Source of the DNA: Bacteroidales bacterium
GTDB taxonomy: Bacteria; Bacteroidota; Bacteroidia; Bacteroidales; Bacteroidaceae
Reading direction: 5' to 3'
Length of the DNA: 64,000 nt
Assembly (NCBI GenBank): GCA_015060885.1
Contig: SUXO01000003.1
Coordinates: forward strand, 25,592 to 89,591
Positions 1-7,844 of the stretch are shown in pieces. Every line of letters starts with the position of its first letter. Positions within the stretch are counted from its first letter, which is position 1. A program made the translations under genes and the position numbers. The notes under the pieces are model-generated. The model was given only the letters and a program-made list of their open reading frames with translations. It searched no databases and was not told where the DNA came from.

Positions 1-3000
1 ATGCGACGACCATAAATGTCGTATATGGTTGCATCGCTTTCAAGGTCTTTATTGCTTTCGCCCATTATAGGTGCGATGCCGGTCTCTTTTGTAAAGTCAA
101 TCTCAACAATGTCGTCTTTTACGCAGGGGATTGTGGCTGTTCCGCTCTCGTCGATGGTTGCCGAAATTTCGACACCATTAACGGTGATGGTTGCTTTTTC
201 AATCTCCATTGCTCCGAGTGCGCAACGTACACGAAGCTCTGCACCGGCGTTGCTCACGATTGATATTTTCTGGCATTTGCCGGCCTGCCAGTTGAAGTCA
301 ACAGTGAAGTTACCAATGGCTTTCATACCTGTGACCTTACCTGTCTGGCTCCATACAGAGGGAAGGGCGGGGAGTACGTTTATGTAACCGTGTGCGCTTT
401 GCATAAGCATTTCGGCAATACCGGAGCATACGCCGAAGTTACCGTCAATCTGGAACGGAGCGTGGCTGTCGAACAGGTTGTAGTATATACCTCCTGCACC
501 GGCGTTAGTACCGTAAGAAGTTGAGTGTTTGAGCGCGTTCTTTATGATGATGTGTGCGTGGTCACCATCCTGTGCGCGTGCCCAGAGGTTGACTTTCCAG
601 CCCATTGACCAACCGGTAGCAGCATCGCCGCGCAGTTTGAGTGAGTTTACTGCGGGTGTGAAGTATTCGCTTTCGGGAGTAATCTGGTCCAAGGGGAAGA
701 GTGCCATCATGTGCGACATGTGGCGGTGTCCTCTGTCGTTCGAAATGTCGAAGGGTGAGTATTTCCACTCGCGAAGCAGTTTGTCACCGGTTTTCACGCC
801 ATTGTATGTGCTGCCCCAGCTGCCTGTATATGTTTCGGTGTGGAGGCCGCTGTCGGTCTTTTCGAGATAGTGGTTGAGCTTGTCGATATCCTCTTGTGTG
901 AGTCCGGTGTTCTCTACTCCAAGAATTTCAATTGCATCGGCAATGTTCTGGAAGAGGTATGTAATCATCTGCTGTGCGTGTGCTGTACCATCCTCCTTTT
1001 CGTTGTCGTGCTGCTCGGCACTAAACTCGTCGGGTGCAACATATGTGCCGTCGGGTGCAAAGCTATATGCGGGGGTATAATTCCTTACGCGCTCTTGCTC
1101 GTCGGTTGTGCTGTCGAAACCACGGTCCTCAATGAGGCGGTGGAACCAGAATTTCGCTGCGTCCCACATTACGGGGAATGCCTGTGCAAGGAACTCCTTA
1201 TCCTGTGTGTAACGGTAGTGTGTCCACAAGTGGCTGGTGTACCACACGTTGGCAACAAGGTAGTTGGCGCCCCAGGTACTCATACTGTTGTAGAGTGAAG
1301 TCTCGGTGAGCACGCTCCAGCCGTAACCATCGTTGTATTGTGTACCCACATTTTTCCAACCGGCACTCTTTGCACCACGGATGATGAAGTTCACGAAAGG
1401 CTTGTGGAGGTCGGAAAGGTTGGTAATCTCTGTGGGCCAGTAGTTCATCTGTATATTAATGTTGGTGTGTATGTCGGAGTTCCAGGGCGAGTCGGTGCCA
1501 CGGTCGTTCCATATACCTTGCAGGTTGTTGGGGGCTGCAATGGGCTTACGGTTCGAGCTTATAGCGAGGTAACGGCCATAGTGGAAGTAGAGTTGCTCCA
1601 AGAAGAGGTGGTCATTGGCTGTGCTGCTTGCATTGGGGTTGTTGGGGTAGTAGTTGTCGATGAGTGTTTTTGTATCGACTGTGGGGGTCTGCAAGCCGAG
1701 GTCGAATGTCATTCTCTTTGTAATGTTGGTGAAGTCATCGATGTGTGCTGTCTCAATAGCGTCAAAACCTTTGGCAACAGCTGCATCCACAACCGATTTT
1801 GTGCGGTCGTTTACTTCGGCAGGAGTCTCGCTTGTGAAGTAGTTATCCACAACATTCATATCGCCGTTGAAGTTTGTTGCGCCTTTCAGGTAGAATGTAA
1901 CCTCTGTGGCATTCTCAACGGTGATGCCTTTCTTTGTCGATGTTATGGTGGCACCCTCGTCGGCAACAACGTGCAGGCGTGCGGCGTAGTTTACCGATGT
2001 CATTGCACCGGTGAATACTGCCATACCGTTTTCATATGTGACATCGCTTGCTCCGATACCGGTACCGGGTTCTACCTTAAAGCCGAGGTTCAGCTTGTCG
2101 GCACCTTCTGCTGTAATCTTACCGGCAATCACCTGGTCGGGTGCCGATGCAAAGTATTTGCGTGTCTGTTTTGTACCGTTGCCATTCTTGAACTCAACTC
2201 CTGCAATACCCTCCTCAATGTCGAGGTAACGTACATAGTCGGTTACTCCGTTTTGAATGGCTTCGTCTTTGTTGGTGATGATAACTGAACCGAAGTTCAT
2301 GAATGTGCGGTTACCGCCACCTGCGCCCACAACGTTTGAGGGGCCGCTCCACAAAGTCTTTTCGTTAAATTGGAGTTCTTCGTGGAATACACCGCCGAAT
2401 ACCATACAGCCAAGCTCGCCGTTACCCAGGGGGAGTGCATATTCCATCCAGGGATAGTCAACGCCGGTAGCCTCGGCCGATGTGGTGTACCACAATGTGT
2501 TGGGGTTCTGTGGGGTGAACGAGCTCACACCGGTGATGTTTGAAATTTCGTGTATGTATTCATCGGGGTAGTCGGCATAGTCGGCTTCAACGAGGAAGAA
2601 CTTGCTTCCTGTGTCGCCAATGGCACCCGTACTGTTCCACAATGCAAGATAGCCGTTGCGGTGGTTCCAGTATTGGCTGTTGGTGCCGTTCTGTTTAATG
2701 TACGAAGGCTCGCCTGTACCGAATTCGAGTTGCCCGGTGAATGTTATTGTATATGCTGTTGTGTTGGGGTCAACCATTGTGGTACGTGCGTCGGCCTCGC
2801 TGCCGGTCATACCTACCACCTTTGAAAGGCCGGTGGAGTAGTTGTAGACCTTATATACATTGCTGCTTTGCTCCACAAAAGCCCACAATCCCTTGTTGCT
2901 GTTGGGTGCGTCGCTGTTGTTCAGGTTCATTGCTGTTCCGCTCATATATGCGGGGTCCAAACTTACGTATCCGCCTTTACCGTTCTGTATTGTGTAGAAC

Positions 3001-3341
3001 TTTGTATCGTCGGCAAAGTAACTTACATAGATGTTTGTGCCATCGATGCTCACAACAGGGATTGTGCCATCTACTTCCTTTGCCTTAACATCGGCAGTGC
3101 TGATGACATCTTTTGTTGCGATTGTGCCACCATCGGTGTATTCATTGTCGGCGTATGTGATTCCGGCTGTTGCATCGCTTGTTCCCAAAACCTTAATGGA
3201 GTAGGTCTTGTCCTCGGGGATGGCGAGCTCAATGTAGTATCTGTTGCCGGCATCGGTTGTCGACCAACCATTTACCATAATACCTTCTGCTGTCTGGTTG
3301 GGAATTTGTGAGTTAAGGTAATTGCTGCCAAGACCGAGCTT
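1..3341 (-). CDS. Glycoside hydrolase family 95 (alpha-L-fucosidase type), partial; the C-terminal end runs off the left window edge
   Basis: The minus-strand frame (codons at 3k..3k+2) is open from 3341 to base 1. My translation contains NTLWYTTSAEATGVDYPWMEYALPLGNGELGCMVFGG, NLQGIWNDRGTDSPWNSDIHTNINIQMNYWP, GWSMGWKVNLWARAQDGDHA and FDSHAPFQIDGNFGVCSGIAEMLMQS, all typical of GH95. The plus-strand V/G/C-rich ORFs listed here are antisense shadows. The last residues at the edge (ATIYDIYGRR) resemble the start of a T9SS C-terminal sorting domain. Confidence 0.85.
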
Positions 3342-3710
3342 TCAGGGGTAATCGGAATTGCCACTATTTGTAATTGTAAACACTGTCGAGGGGGTTGTTT
3401 CGTATGTTCCCCCATTGCCTACATACTTGTTTGCACCTACGCTGAACAGATAATAGTTGCTGCCGTTCTTTACAATTTTGAACTGCAATTTAGGGTCGGT
3501 TAGGCTGTATGTCACACTGCCCACGCTGCTACCTGTGCTGGTTGCTAATTTCTCGGTGAGGTTGTCGCTGTAAAGAAGAAACGCTCTCTCACTCCTGATG
3601 GTATAGACCTCGTCGTCGTTCAACTGCGACAAGTCTGTTACCTTGTCTGCACTCCATCCTTGCACAACTGTGCACAAGAGGGCAAACATTAAAAATAACG
3701 TTTTTTTCAT
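3342..3710 (-). CDS. Signal-peptide-bearing N-terminal segment (122 aa) ending at a TGA that is in frame with the GH95 body downstream
   Basis: It starts MKKTLFLMFALLCTVVQGWSADK (signal peptide). The stop TGA is at 3342-3344. The next codon (3339-3341, AAG) continues in the same frame into the GH95 reading frame. Confidence 0.6.
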   Translation of the reverse strand: MKKTLFLMFALLCTVVQGWSADKVTDLSQLNDDEVYTIRSERAFLLYSDNLTEKLATSTGSSVGSVTYSLTDPKLQFKIVKNGSNYYLFSVGANKYVGNGGTYETTPSTVFTITNSGNSDYP

Positions 3711-3884
3711 TGTGTAAATTATTAAAGGTTAATAGTTATAATTTAGGCATATTACATAATATATGGCAAAATTAATACATCTTTTTATTTTTTCAATATT
3801 TTTGCCAAAAAATAACAGGGTGGTTAGCGTGCTGACGTTGCCTTTGGTTGTTGAATGGCGAGTTTGGTGGCGCAAAATAAATTT

Positions 3885-3914
3885 CCCCGCAAGAGGAATG
3901 CTCTTCTTGCGGGG
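3885..3914. terminator. Hairpin between the island and the GH95 upstream region
   Basis: The sequence is ccccgcaaga-ggaatgctc-tcttgcgggg, with a perfect 10-bp stem. It lies just downstream (minus strand) of the 3989..5056 ORF. Confidence 0.5.
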
Positions 3915-3988
3915 AAATTATTGGTTTTTTGATTGGGATTTTGTGTTTTGAAGGGGGGTAATTGTGTCAAGAACTGGTGTCGAAGTGA

Positions 3989-5056
3989 TTATTTGATAGG
4001 TTCTACTGTATATCCTTGTGAAGTGGCAAAATCTATAATTGCTCCAATATTATGACGACCAATTTGTGTTGTAAAAGCAAAACTTATGCCGTCTGCACTT
4101 GTCATTAAATCATTTTCAAACCAACGAGTGTCTTTGGATAAGTCATTTGAGTTTTCTTTTCGTTTTTGTATTTCCGAATACTTTTCTATACCAAATGGAA
4201 TTGCATTTACAATTTCATAATAAGTAAGTTGAGGGTTATTTCTTAAAAACAACTGTACTATGGATAATGCTAAACGACCTTTACCATAGTTGCCATATCC
4301 ATTAAGTCTGTAGTGAGTATGGTCTAAATGTTTATTCTTTGTTATAGTATGTTGTTTTGTCAATGGAGTATCTTGTATCTGTTGTTGTATTCGTAATTGT
4401 TTTTTACGAATAATATTGATTTCTATTTCATTTGTGATTTTTTCAATATCCTCTGTACTATACCCCTCGCTTATCAATTTTGTGTTTAACAATTCAATAA
4501 ATAATTGCTTGCCTTTTTCTGTTGTAAGTTCGTTGATAAACTCGTTTATCTCATTTTGCTTTTCTTGTTTTGCTATTTGTGCAATGCAAAAATTAGTAAG
4601 TTGTTCGGCATTGAAATTTTCTTGTTTGAAAAGTTCAATAAAGTTTTTACCATTTTTAGAGTTTTCTACGAAGTCAATTTCCAATACGCTTATAGGTTCT
4701 TTGCCAAACTCATAATAAAACAATTCTATATGTTCTCCTATATATATACCAAACTGGACTGGTAGTAATTTCATATATGAGAAAAGTTGTACTATTTCTT
4801 CTTTGTTTTGAATGTGGTTGGGCTTTTTCATTTCAATAACGAATAAAGGACAGTCGTTCTTGAAAAATACAATGTCAGGATATACATAGTTTACTGTACT
4901 GCCAACTCTTAATTGATATTGGTTTTCCACACGCTCGCAGTGCCAACCTAATAAATAACGAAAGTGTGTATAGACAAGTTCTTGATATTCCTTTTCAGTT
5001 GCTTGCTTTGTCTTCTTATCTAATATGTCTTTGCATATTGTGTTCCAAATATTCAT
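3989..5056 (-). CDS. HsdR_N-type PD-(D/E)XK nuclease-fold protein with an uncharacterised C-terminal domain
   Basis: The N-terminus (EKEYQELVYTHFRYLLGW...YPDIVFFKNDCPLFVIEMKKP...QLFSYM) matches the type I restriction HsdR N-terminal / restriction-endonuclease-like pattern (D-x13-E-x-K). A coiled K/E/Q-rich linker follows, then a C-terminal about 110 aa (GRLALSIVQLFLRNNPQLTYYEIV...RWFENDLMTSADGISFAFTTQIG) that I do not recognise. Codon usage is AT-rich. A -7 box (TAACTTTG on minus strand, 5076-5083) lies 20 nt upstream. Confidence 0.6.
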   Translation of the reverse strand: MNIWNTICKDILDKKTKQATEKEYQELVYTHFRYLLGWHCERVENQYQLRVGSTVNYVYPDIVFFKNDCPLFVIEMKKPNHIQNKEEIVQLFSYMKLLPVQFGIYIGEHIELFYYEFGKEPISVLEIDFVENSKNGKNFIELFKQENFNAEQLTNFCIAQIAKQEKQNEINEFINELTTEKGKQLFIELLNTKLISEGYSTEDIEKITNEIEINIIRKKQLRIQQQIQDTPLTKQHTITKNKHLDHTHYRLNGYGNYGKGRLALSIVQLFLRNNPQLTYYEIVNAIPFGIEKYSEIQKRKENSNDLSKDTRWFENDLMTSADGISFAFTTQIGRHNIGAIIDFATSQGYTVEPIK

Positions 5057-5389
5057 CGTGCTATGTTTTAATGCACAAAGTTACTTATTTATATTCATTT
5101 AATCAAGTGATATTCATAAATACAGTTATTGCTACCGGCTTCGCCAGGAGCAATAACAAATAAACAAAAATCAAATTAAATACAGAACTCTCTTTTACTC
5201 TTTTAATAGTGATAATCTTGCTATTTTGCTCTATGAGATTATTAGTTATTATTTTGACAGGAATAACTATCAAGGCCAGATTTTAACAATAAGAACTTTT
5301 ATTGTTTACTGTTTTAATATTTAATATTGAATAAATTTAACTCTAATGTTAATGCTTGTAAAGTGTTTGTGGAGCAAATTTAAATTCCT

Positions 5390-5397
5390 TATATTTG
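5390..5397 (+). promoter_or_regulatory. Bacteroidetes-type -7 box TATATTTG
   Basis: It matches TAnnTTTG and ends 4 nt before the ATG at 5402, which would make the mRNA essentially leaderless. Confidence 0.35.
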
Positions 5398-5401
5398 CAA
5401 T

Positions 5402-5482
5402 ATGTTTAATCTTATGGAATTCCTACTATCAATAATAGCTTCTGTAATAGGAGGTTTGATAGTGGATAAAATTAAACGCTGA
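5402..5482 (+). CDS. Small hydrophobic peptide, 26 aa (MFNLMEFLLSIIASVIGGLIVDKIKR)
   Basis: I read this by hand and it is not in the ORF track. It is a single predicted TM helix with a basic tail, preceded by a promoter-like box and followed by hairpins and a T-run (about 5485-5570). Confidence 0.3.
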   Translation: MFNLMEFLLSIIASVIGGLIVDKIKR

Positions 5483-5700
5483 TTTTTGGCTTGCCATAAA
5501 TCGAGGAGTTTTGCGAACTCCAAGCCATAGATTAACGGCATTAGGGGGCACAATGATGCTCCCTTTTTTATAATGAAAACTCTCTCTTTACTCTTTGCAC
5601 TGTGCTAACACTAACATTGGAAAACCACGATTAAGCGAGTGTAAAGGAAATGTATTTACTTTGCCGAGCGGTAGTGGGTTCATGAAAACAAAGCTTCGCT

Positions 5701-5782
5701 TCGATAATGCCAACAGCAGTTAGTCGCGCGTAGTATCGCAGAATTTGATACTGCGCGGGATGCAATAAGTTGGCATTGTCAA
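5701..5782 (-). repeat. Hairpin-family copy H1 (reverse orientation)
   Basis: The reverse complement reads ttgacaatgccaac-ttattgca-t-cccgcgcag[..]ctacgcgcgac-taactgct-gttggcattatcga. Its outer stem supplies the TGA that ends the recombinase remnant. Confidence 0.7.
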
Positions 5783-6041
5783 AACTTTGCTGTGTTTCGT
5801 ACAGAGTAACCACGCTTTAAGAGTGATATAACCTCTTTGTATTCCTCTTTCTTCTGTTCTGTGGACTTTACAGAACCTTTCTTGCGACCTAACTTGCCAC
5901 CACTTGCAATATAACTTTCTCTGCCACTATTAAGGCGATAAACTATGTTGGAACGCTCTATGTTCGCCATTTCTGCAAGAACAGTTACCATTATGCTTGC
6001 AACGGGGTTCGCCTCTCCTGTGGAAAATATATGTAAAGAGC
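5779..6041 (-). pseudogene. Serine recombinase (resolvase/invertase) remnant, missing the catalytic N-terminus and most of the HTH
   Basis: FSTGEANPVASIMVTVLAEMANIERSNIVYRLNSGRESYIASGGKLGRKKG...LLKRGYSVRNTAKF aligns with the E-helix/linker/start of the HTH of Hin/Gin/resolvase-type enzymes. The frame opens only after a TGA near 6041. No Ser-containing catalytic domain is present. Confidence 0.6.
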
Positions 6042-6100
6042 AACCGCCTCAACATAATGAAATGTTGAAGTGGTTGTAAGTTGTTTATTGTATGGTTTTT

Positions 6101-6285
6101 ATCATTGACAAGGCTCGTTATTCGCACCCCGCGTGGCACTATAACTGCTCCTCTGCCCGAGGGGGCAGTGCGAAGCCACAGCACTGCTTGCGACGACGGA
6201 ACATTCATGTTCCCAAAGGAGTCCCGAAGGGCTCTGTCACGTAGTGACTGAGGGGTGGGAGGTTGCTGCACGCGACTAACTGCTC
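6101..6285 (+). repeat. Hairpin-family copy H2, with a large (about 140 nt) insert in the inner loop
   Basis: The sequence is attgacaaggctcg-ttattcgca-c-cccgcgtg[...]cacgcgac-taactgct. The first 26 nt are identical to the start of H7 (7732-7757). Confidence 0.65.
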
Positions 6286-6300
6286 AAAAGGTTGCTCTGT

Positions 6301-6329
6301 AGTCGTAAAAAACGCAGTTTTTTACGACT
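6301..6329 (-). terminator. Intrinsic terminator of ORF 6322..6858
   Basis: agtcgtaaaaaac-gc-agttttttacgact has a perfect 13-bp stem that overlaps the TAA stop. Confidence 0.6.
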
Positions 6330-6858
6330 TTAGATATTTTTCTGCCGCACCAACCACTTTTGCAAAACCAAGGATTAGTGGGAGATACAAACATTGTACA
6401 GAACGCACTCCTATGTTTGCTGTTAGTTGCTGATAAGCGATTGAATCAGATGAACAGTTGCTTAAATCTCCAATCATCATAAAGATTTCGATAACACTAA
6501 TGATTACCAATATTATACCAATTATCTCTATTGTCTTTTCCAATGAACTTTTAGTCGCTTCAGCTTTTTGCTCTTTTTCTCTTGTGATAAGTGGAGCATA
6601 TTTCAATATTTCTTGATATTCTTCATCTGTTACTTCTATTGCTGCTGGTACAAAACTCTCTTTGTAGTATTTGTTTTTCTCATTATCAAATTTACAATCT
6701 TTTGTACCGTCCCAAATATCTAGATATACTATTCCACGTTTGGTCTTTTCTTCATCTATTAGCCCAAGTGAAATAAGGAACTCTTCTCTTTGTTTAAGTT
6801 CTTCTTCTTTTTGTTTTTCCATCATCTTGTCGATGAACTCTTGTACTTTTGCATTCAT
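6322..6858 (-). CDS. Hypothetical protein with an N-terminal coiled-coil/acidic region and two C-terminal TM helices
   Basis: The ORF is 178 aa with MMEKQKEEELKQREEF at the N-terminus and IEIIGIILVIISVIEIFMMIG plus LYLPLILGFAKVVGAA at the C-terminus. I recognise no family. Codon usage is AT-rich, like the rest of the island. Confidence 0.55.
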   Translation of the reverse strand: MNAKVQEFIDKMMEKQKEEELKQREEFLISLGLIDEEKTKRGIVYLDIWDGTKDCKFDNEKNKYYKESFVPAAIEVTDEEYQEILKYAPLITREKEQKAEATKSSLEKTIEIIGIILVIISVIEIFMMIGDLSNCSSDSIAYQQLTANIGVRSVQCLYLPLILGFAKVVGAAEKYLKS

Positions 6859-7111
6859 AGTCTTTTATTATTATAGTTAAACATTAAGTTGCTTGTATAT
6901 TTTACGCTTAACTATAAAAAAGAAAAGCGCAGACCCTCGTCATACGCCTCTTGGTTCACCACAAACCATTACAAACTATGAGAGTAGCCTACGCCTATTG
7001 CGTAAACTCTCAACGTTTGTAATCTGTTGCTCGTTCATTTTCCGAGGTGGTGATTCAGAGGCGATTGAGCAAATTTTCAAATGTCTTGTACTCGGTTGCC
7101 CGAACACAATG

Positions 7112-7119
7112 CGAAGATA
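7112..7119 (-). promoter_or_regulatory. -7 box TATCTTCG (minus strand), about 255 nt upstream of ORF 6322..6858
   Basis: It is the same 8-mer that sits 16-77 nt upstream of at least 8 other genes in this window. Confidence 0.4.
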
Positions 7120-7204
7120 GGTAAATTTTTAATAGTTTCTAAAAATATGAGATAAATTTATCGTAAACAATCAAAATACTATGTAGGTTGTCTTTATAGT
7201 AAAG

Positions 7205-7360
7205 TGTTGTCCCCTTTGGGGCCATCCCATTGAGTCCATTGTTTTTGTCTTAGACAAACGCAACCCACGCGGCATAACCTTTGGCTATGCTGCGCGTGAC
7301 CATTGCTAAACAATGGCCTCTATCATCGCTTTGCGATAATTGAACCAATCGTTGTTGCCT
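7205..7360 (+). repeat. Unit U1 of a 248-bp-period direct duplication (contains H3)
   Basis: It is nearly identical by eye to 7453-7608, with a few substitutions. It contains a cccc-ttt-gggg hairpin, H3 and an atcgc-ttt-gcgat hairpin. Confidence 0.8.
7236..7316 (+). repeat. Hairpin-family copy H3
   Basis: ccattgttt...acgca-a-cccacgcg[gcata-acctttgg-ctatgc]tgcgcgtgac-cattgct-aaacaatgg. Confidence 0.7.
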
Positions 7361-7424
7361 GTGGCAAGCGCACCCCGCGTGGCACTATCTTCGTCAGTGC
7401 TACACGCGACTAACTGCTACAATT
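7351..7424 (+). repeat. Hairpin-family copy H4
   Basis: gttgttgcctgtggcaag-cgca-c-cccgcgtg[gcact-atcttcgtc-agtgc]tacacgcgac-taactgct-acaa. Confidence 0.7.
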
Positions 7425-7452
7425 TCTATATAGGCCATTTTTGTATTAAAAT

Positions 7453-7608
7453 GTTTGTCCCCTTTGGGGCCATCCCATTGAGTCCATTGTTTTTGTCTTT
7501 GACAATCGCAACCCACGCGGCATAACCTTTGGCTATGCCGCGCGTGACCATTGCTAAACAATGGCCTCTATCATCGCTTTGCGATAATTGAACCAATCGT
7601 TGTTGCTT
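7453..7608 (+). repeat. Unit U2 of the 248-bp-period duplication (contains H5 at 7484-7564)
   Basis: Direct repeat of 7205-7360. Confidence 0.8.
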
Positions 7609-7665
7609 CGCAAACGCCACCCACGCGGTGCCACCTTACGGCACTTCGCGTGACCTATGGCTCTG
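7599..7665 (+). repeat. Hairpin-family copy H6
   Basis: gttgttgcttcgcaaa-cgcc-a-cccacgcg[gtgcc-acctta-cggcac]ttcgcgtgac-ctatggct. Confidence 0.6.
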
Positions 7666-7689
7666 CGATTAGCTCGGTAGTCGTAATAA

Positions 7690-7726
7690 AAAAATAAGTT
7701 CGGAAAATTTTCCGAACTTATTTTTC
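7690..7726. terminator. Perfect palindromic hairpin flanked by A- and T-runs
   Basis: aataagttcggaaaattttccgaacttatt lies inside the hairpin array. Confidence 0.55.
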
Positions 7727-7730
7727 TTTT

Positions 7731-7820
7731 TATCATTGACAAGGCTCGTTATTCGCAATCCGCACGGCACCAATTACATCGGTGCAACGTGCGACCTTTT
7801 GCTACTCGCCTTGTCGATAA
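7731..7820 (+). repeat. Hairpin-family copy H7
   Basis: tatcattgacaaggctcg-ttattcgca-a-tccgcacg[gcacc-aattacatc-ggtgc]aacgtgcgac-cttttgct-actcgccttgtcgataa. The outer stem gacaaggc/gccttgtc closes. Confidence 0.7.
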
Positions 7821-7844
7821 TTTTTGCCTTTTTTGAGGCAAAAA

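Noticed and set aside
3342-3344. TGA in the GH95 gene as evidence for an alternative genetic code or selenocysteine.
   Set aside because: TGA clearly terminates other well-supported genes here (14213-14215, 17692-17694 and 26277-26279). I see no SECIS-like hairpin just downstream of the TGA on the mRNA strand.
5930-6271. A 113-aa ORF overlapping hairpin H2, and the 60-64-aa ORFs in 7340..7742.
   Set aside because: They lie entirely within the structured repeats, and their sequence is dictated by the palindromes. There is no start context or conservation logic to support them.
7205-7820. The hairpin array or the 99-bp tandem repeat (43317-43565) as a CRISPR array.
   Set aside because: There is no alternation of a short constant repeat with unique spacers. 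In the 99-bp array the entire unit repeats, and in the hairpin array the units are 60-90 nt structured elements with different stems. No cas genes are in the window.
5701-7820. The hairpin family as integron attC sites (a CALIN-type cassette array).
   Set aside because: The architecture is superficially similar: an outer stem, an internal loop, an inner stem and a variable terminal structure, located next to small ORFs. However, the conserved boxes read 5'-GTTATTC...GACTAAC-3', the opposite order to attC (5'-RYYYAAC...GTTRRRY-3'), and they fit those consensuses poorly. No intI gene or attI site is present.
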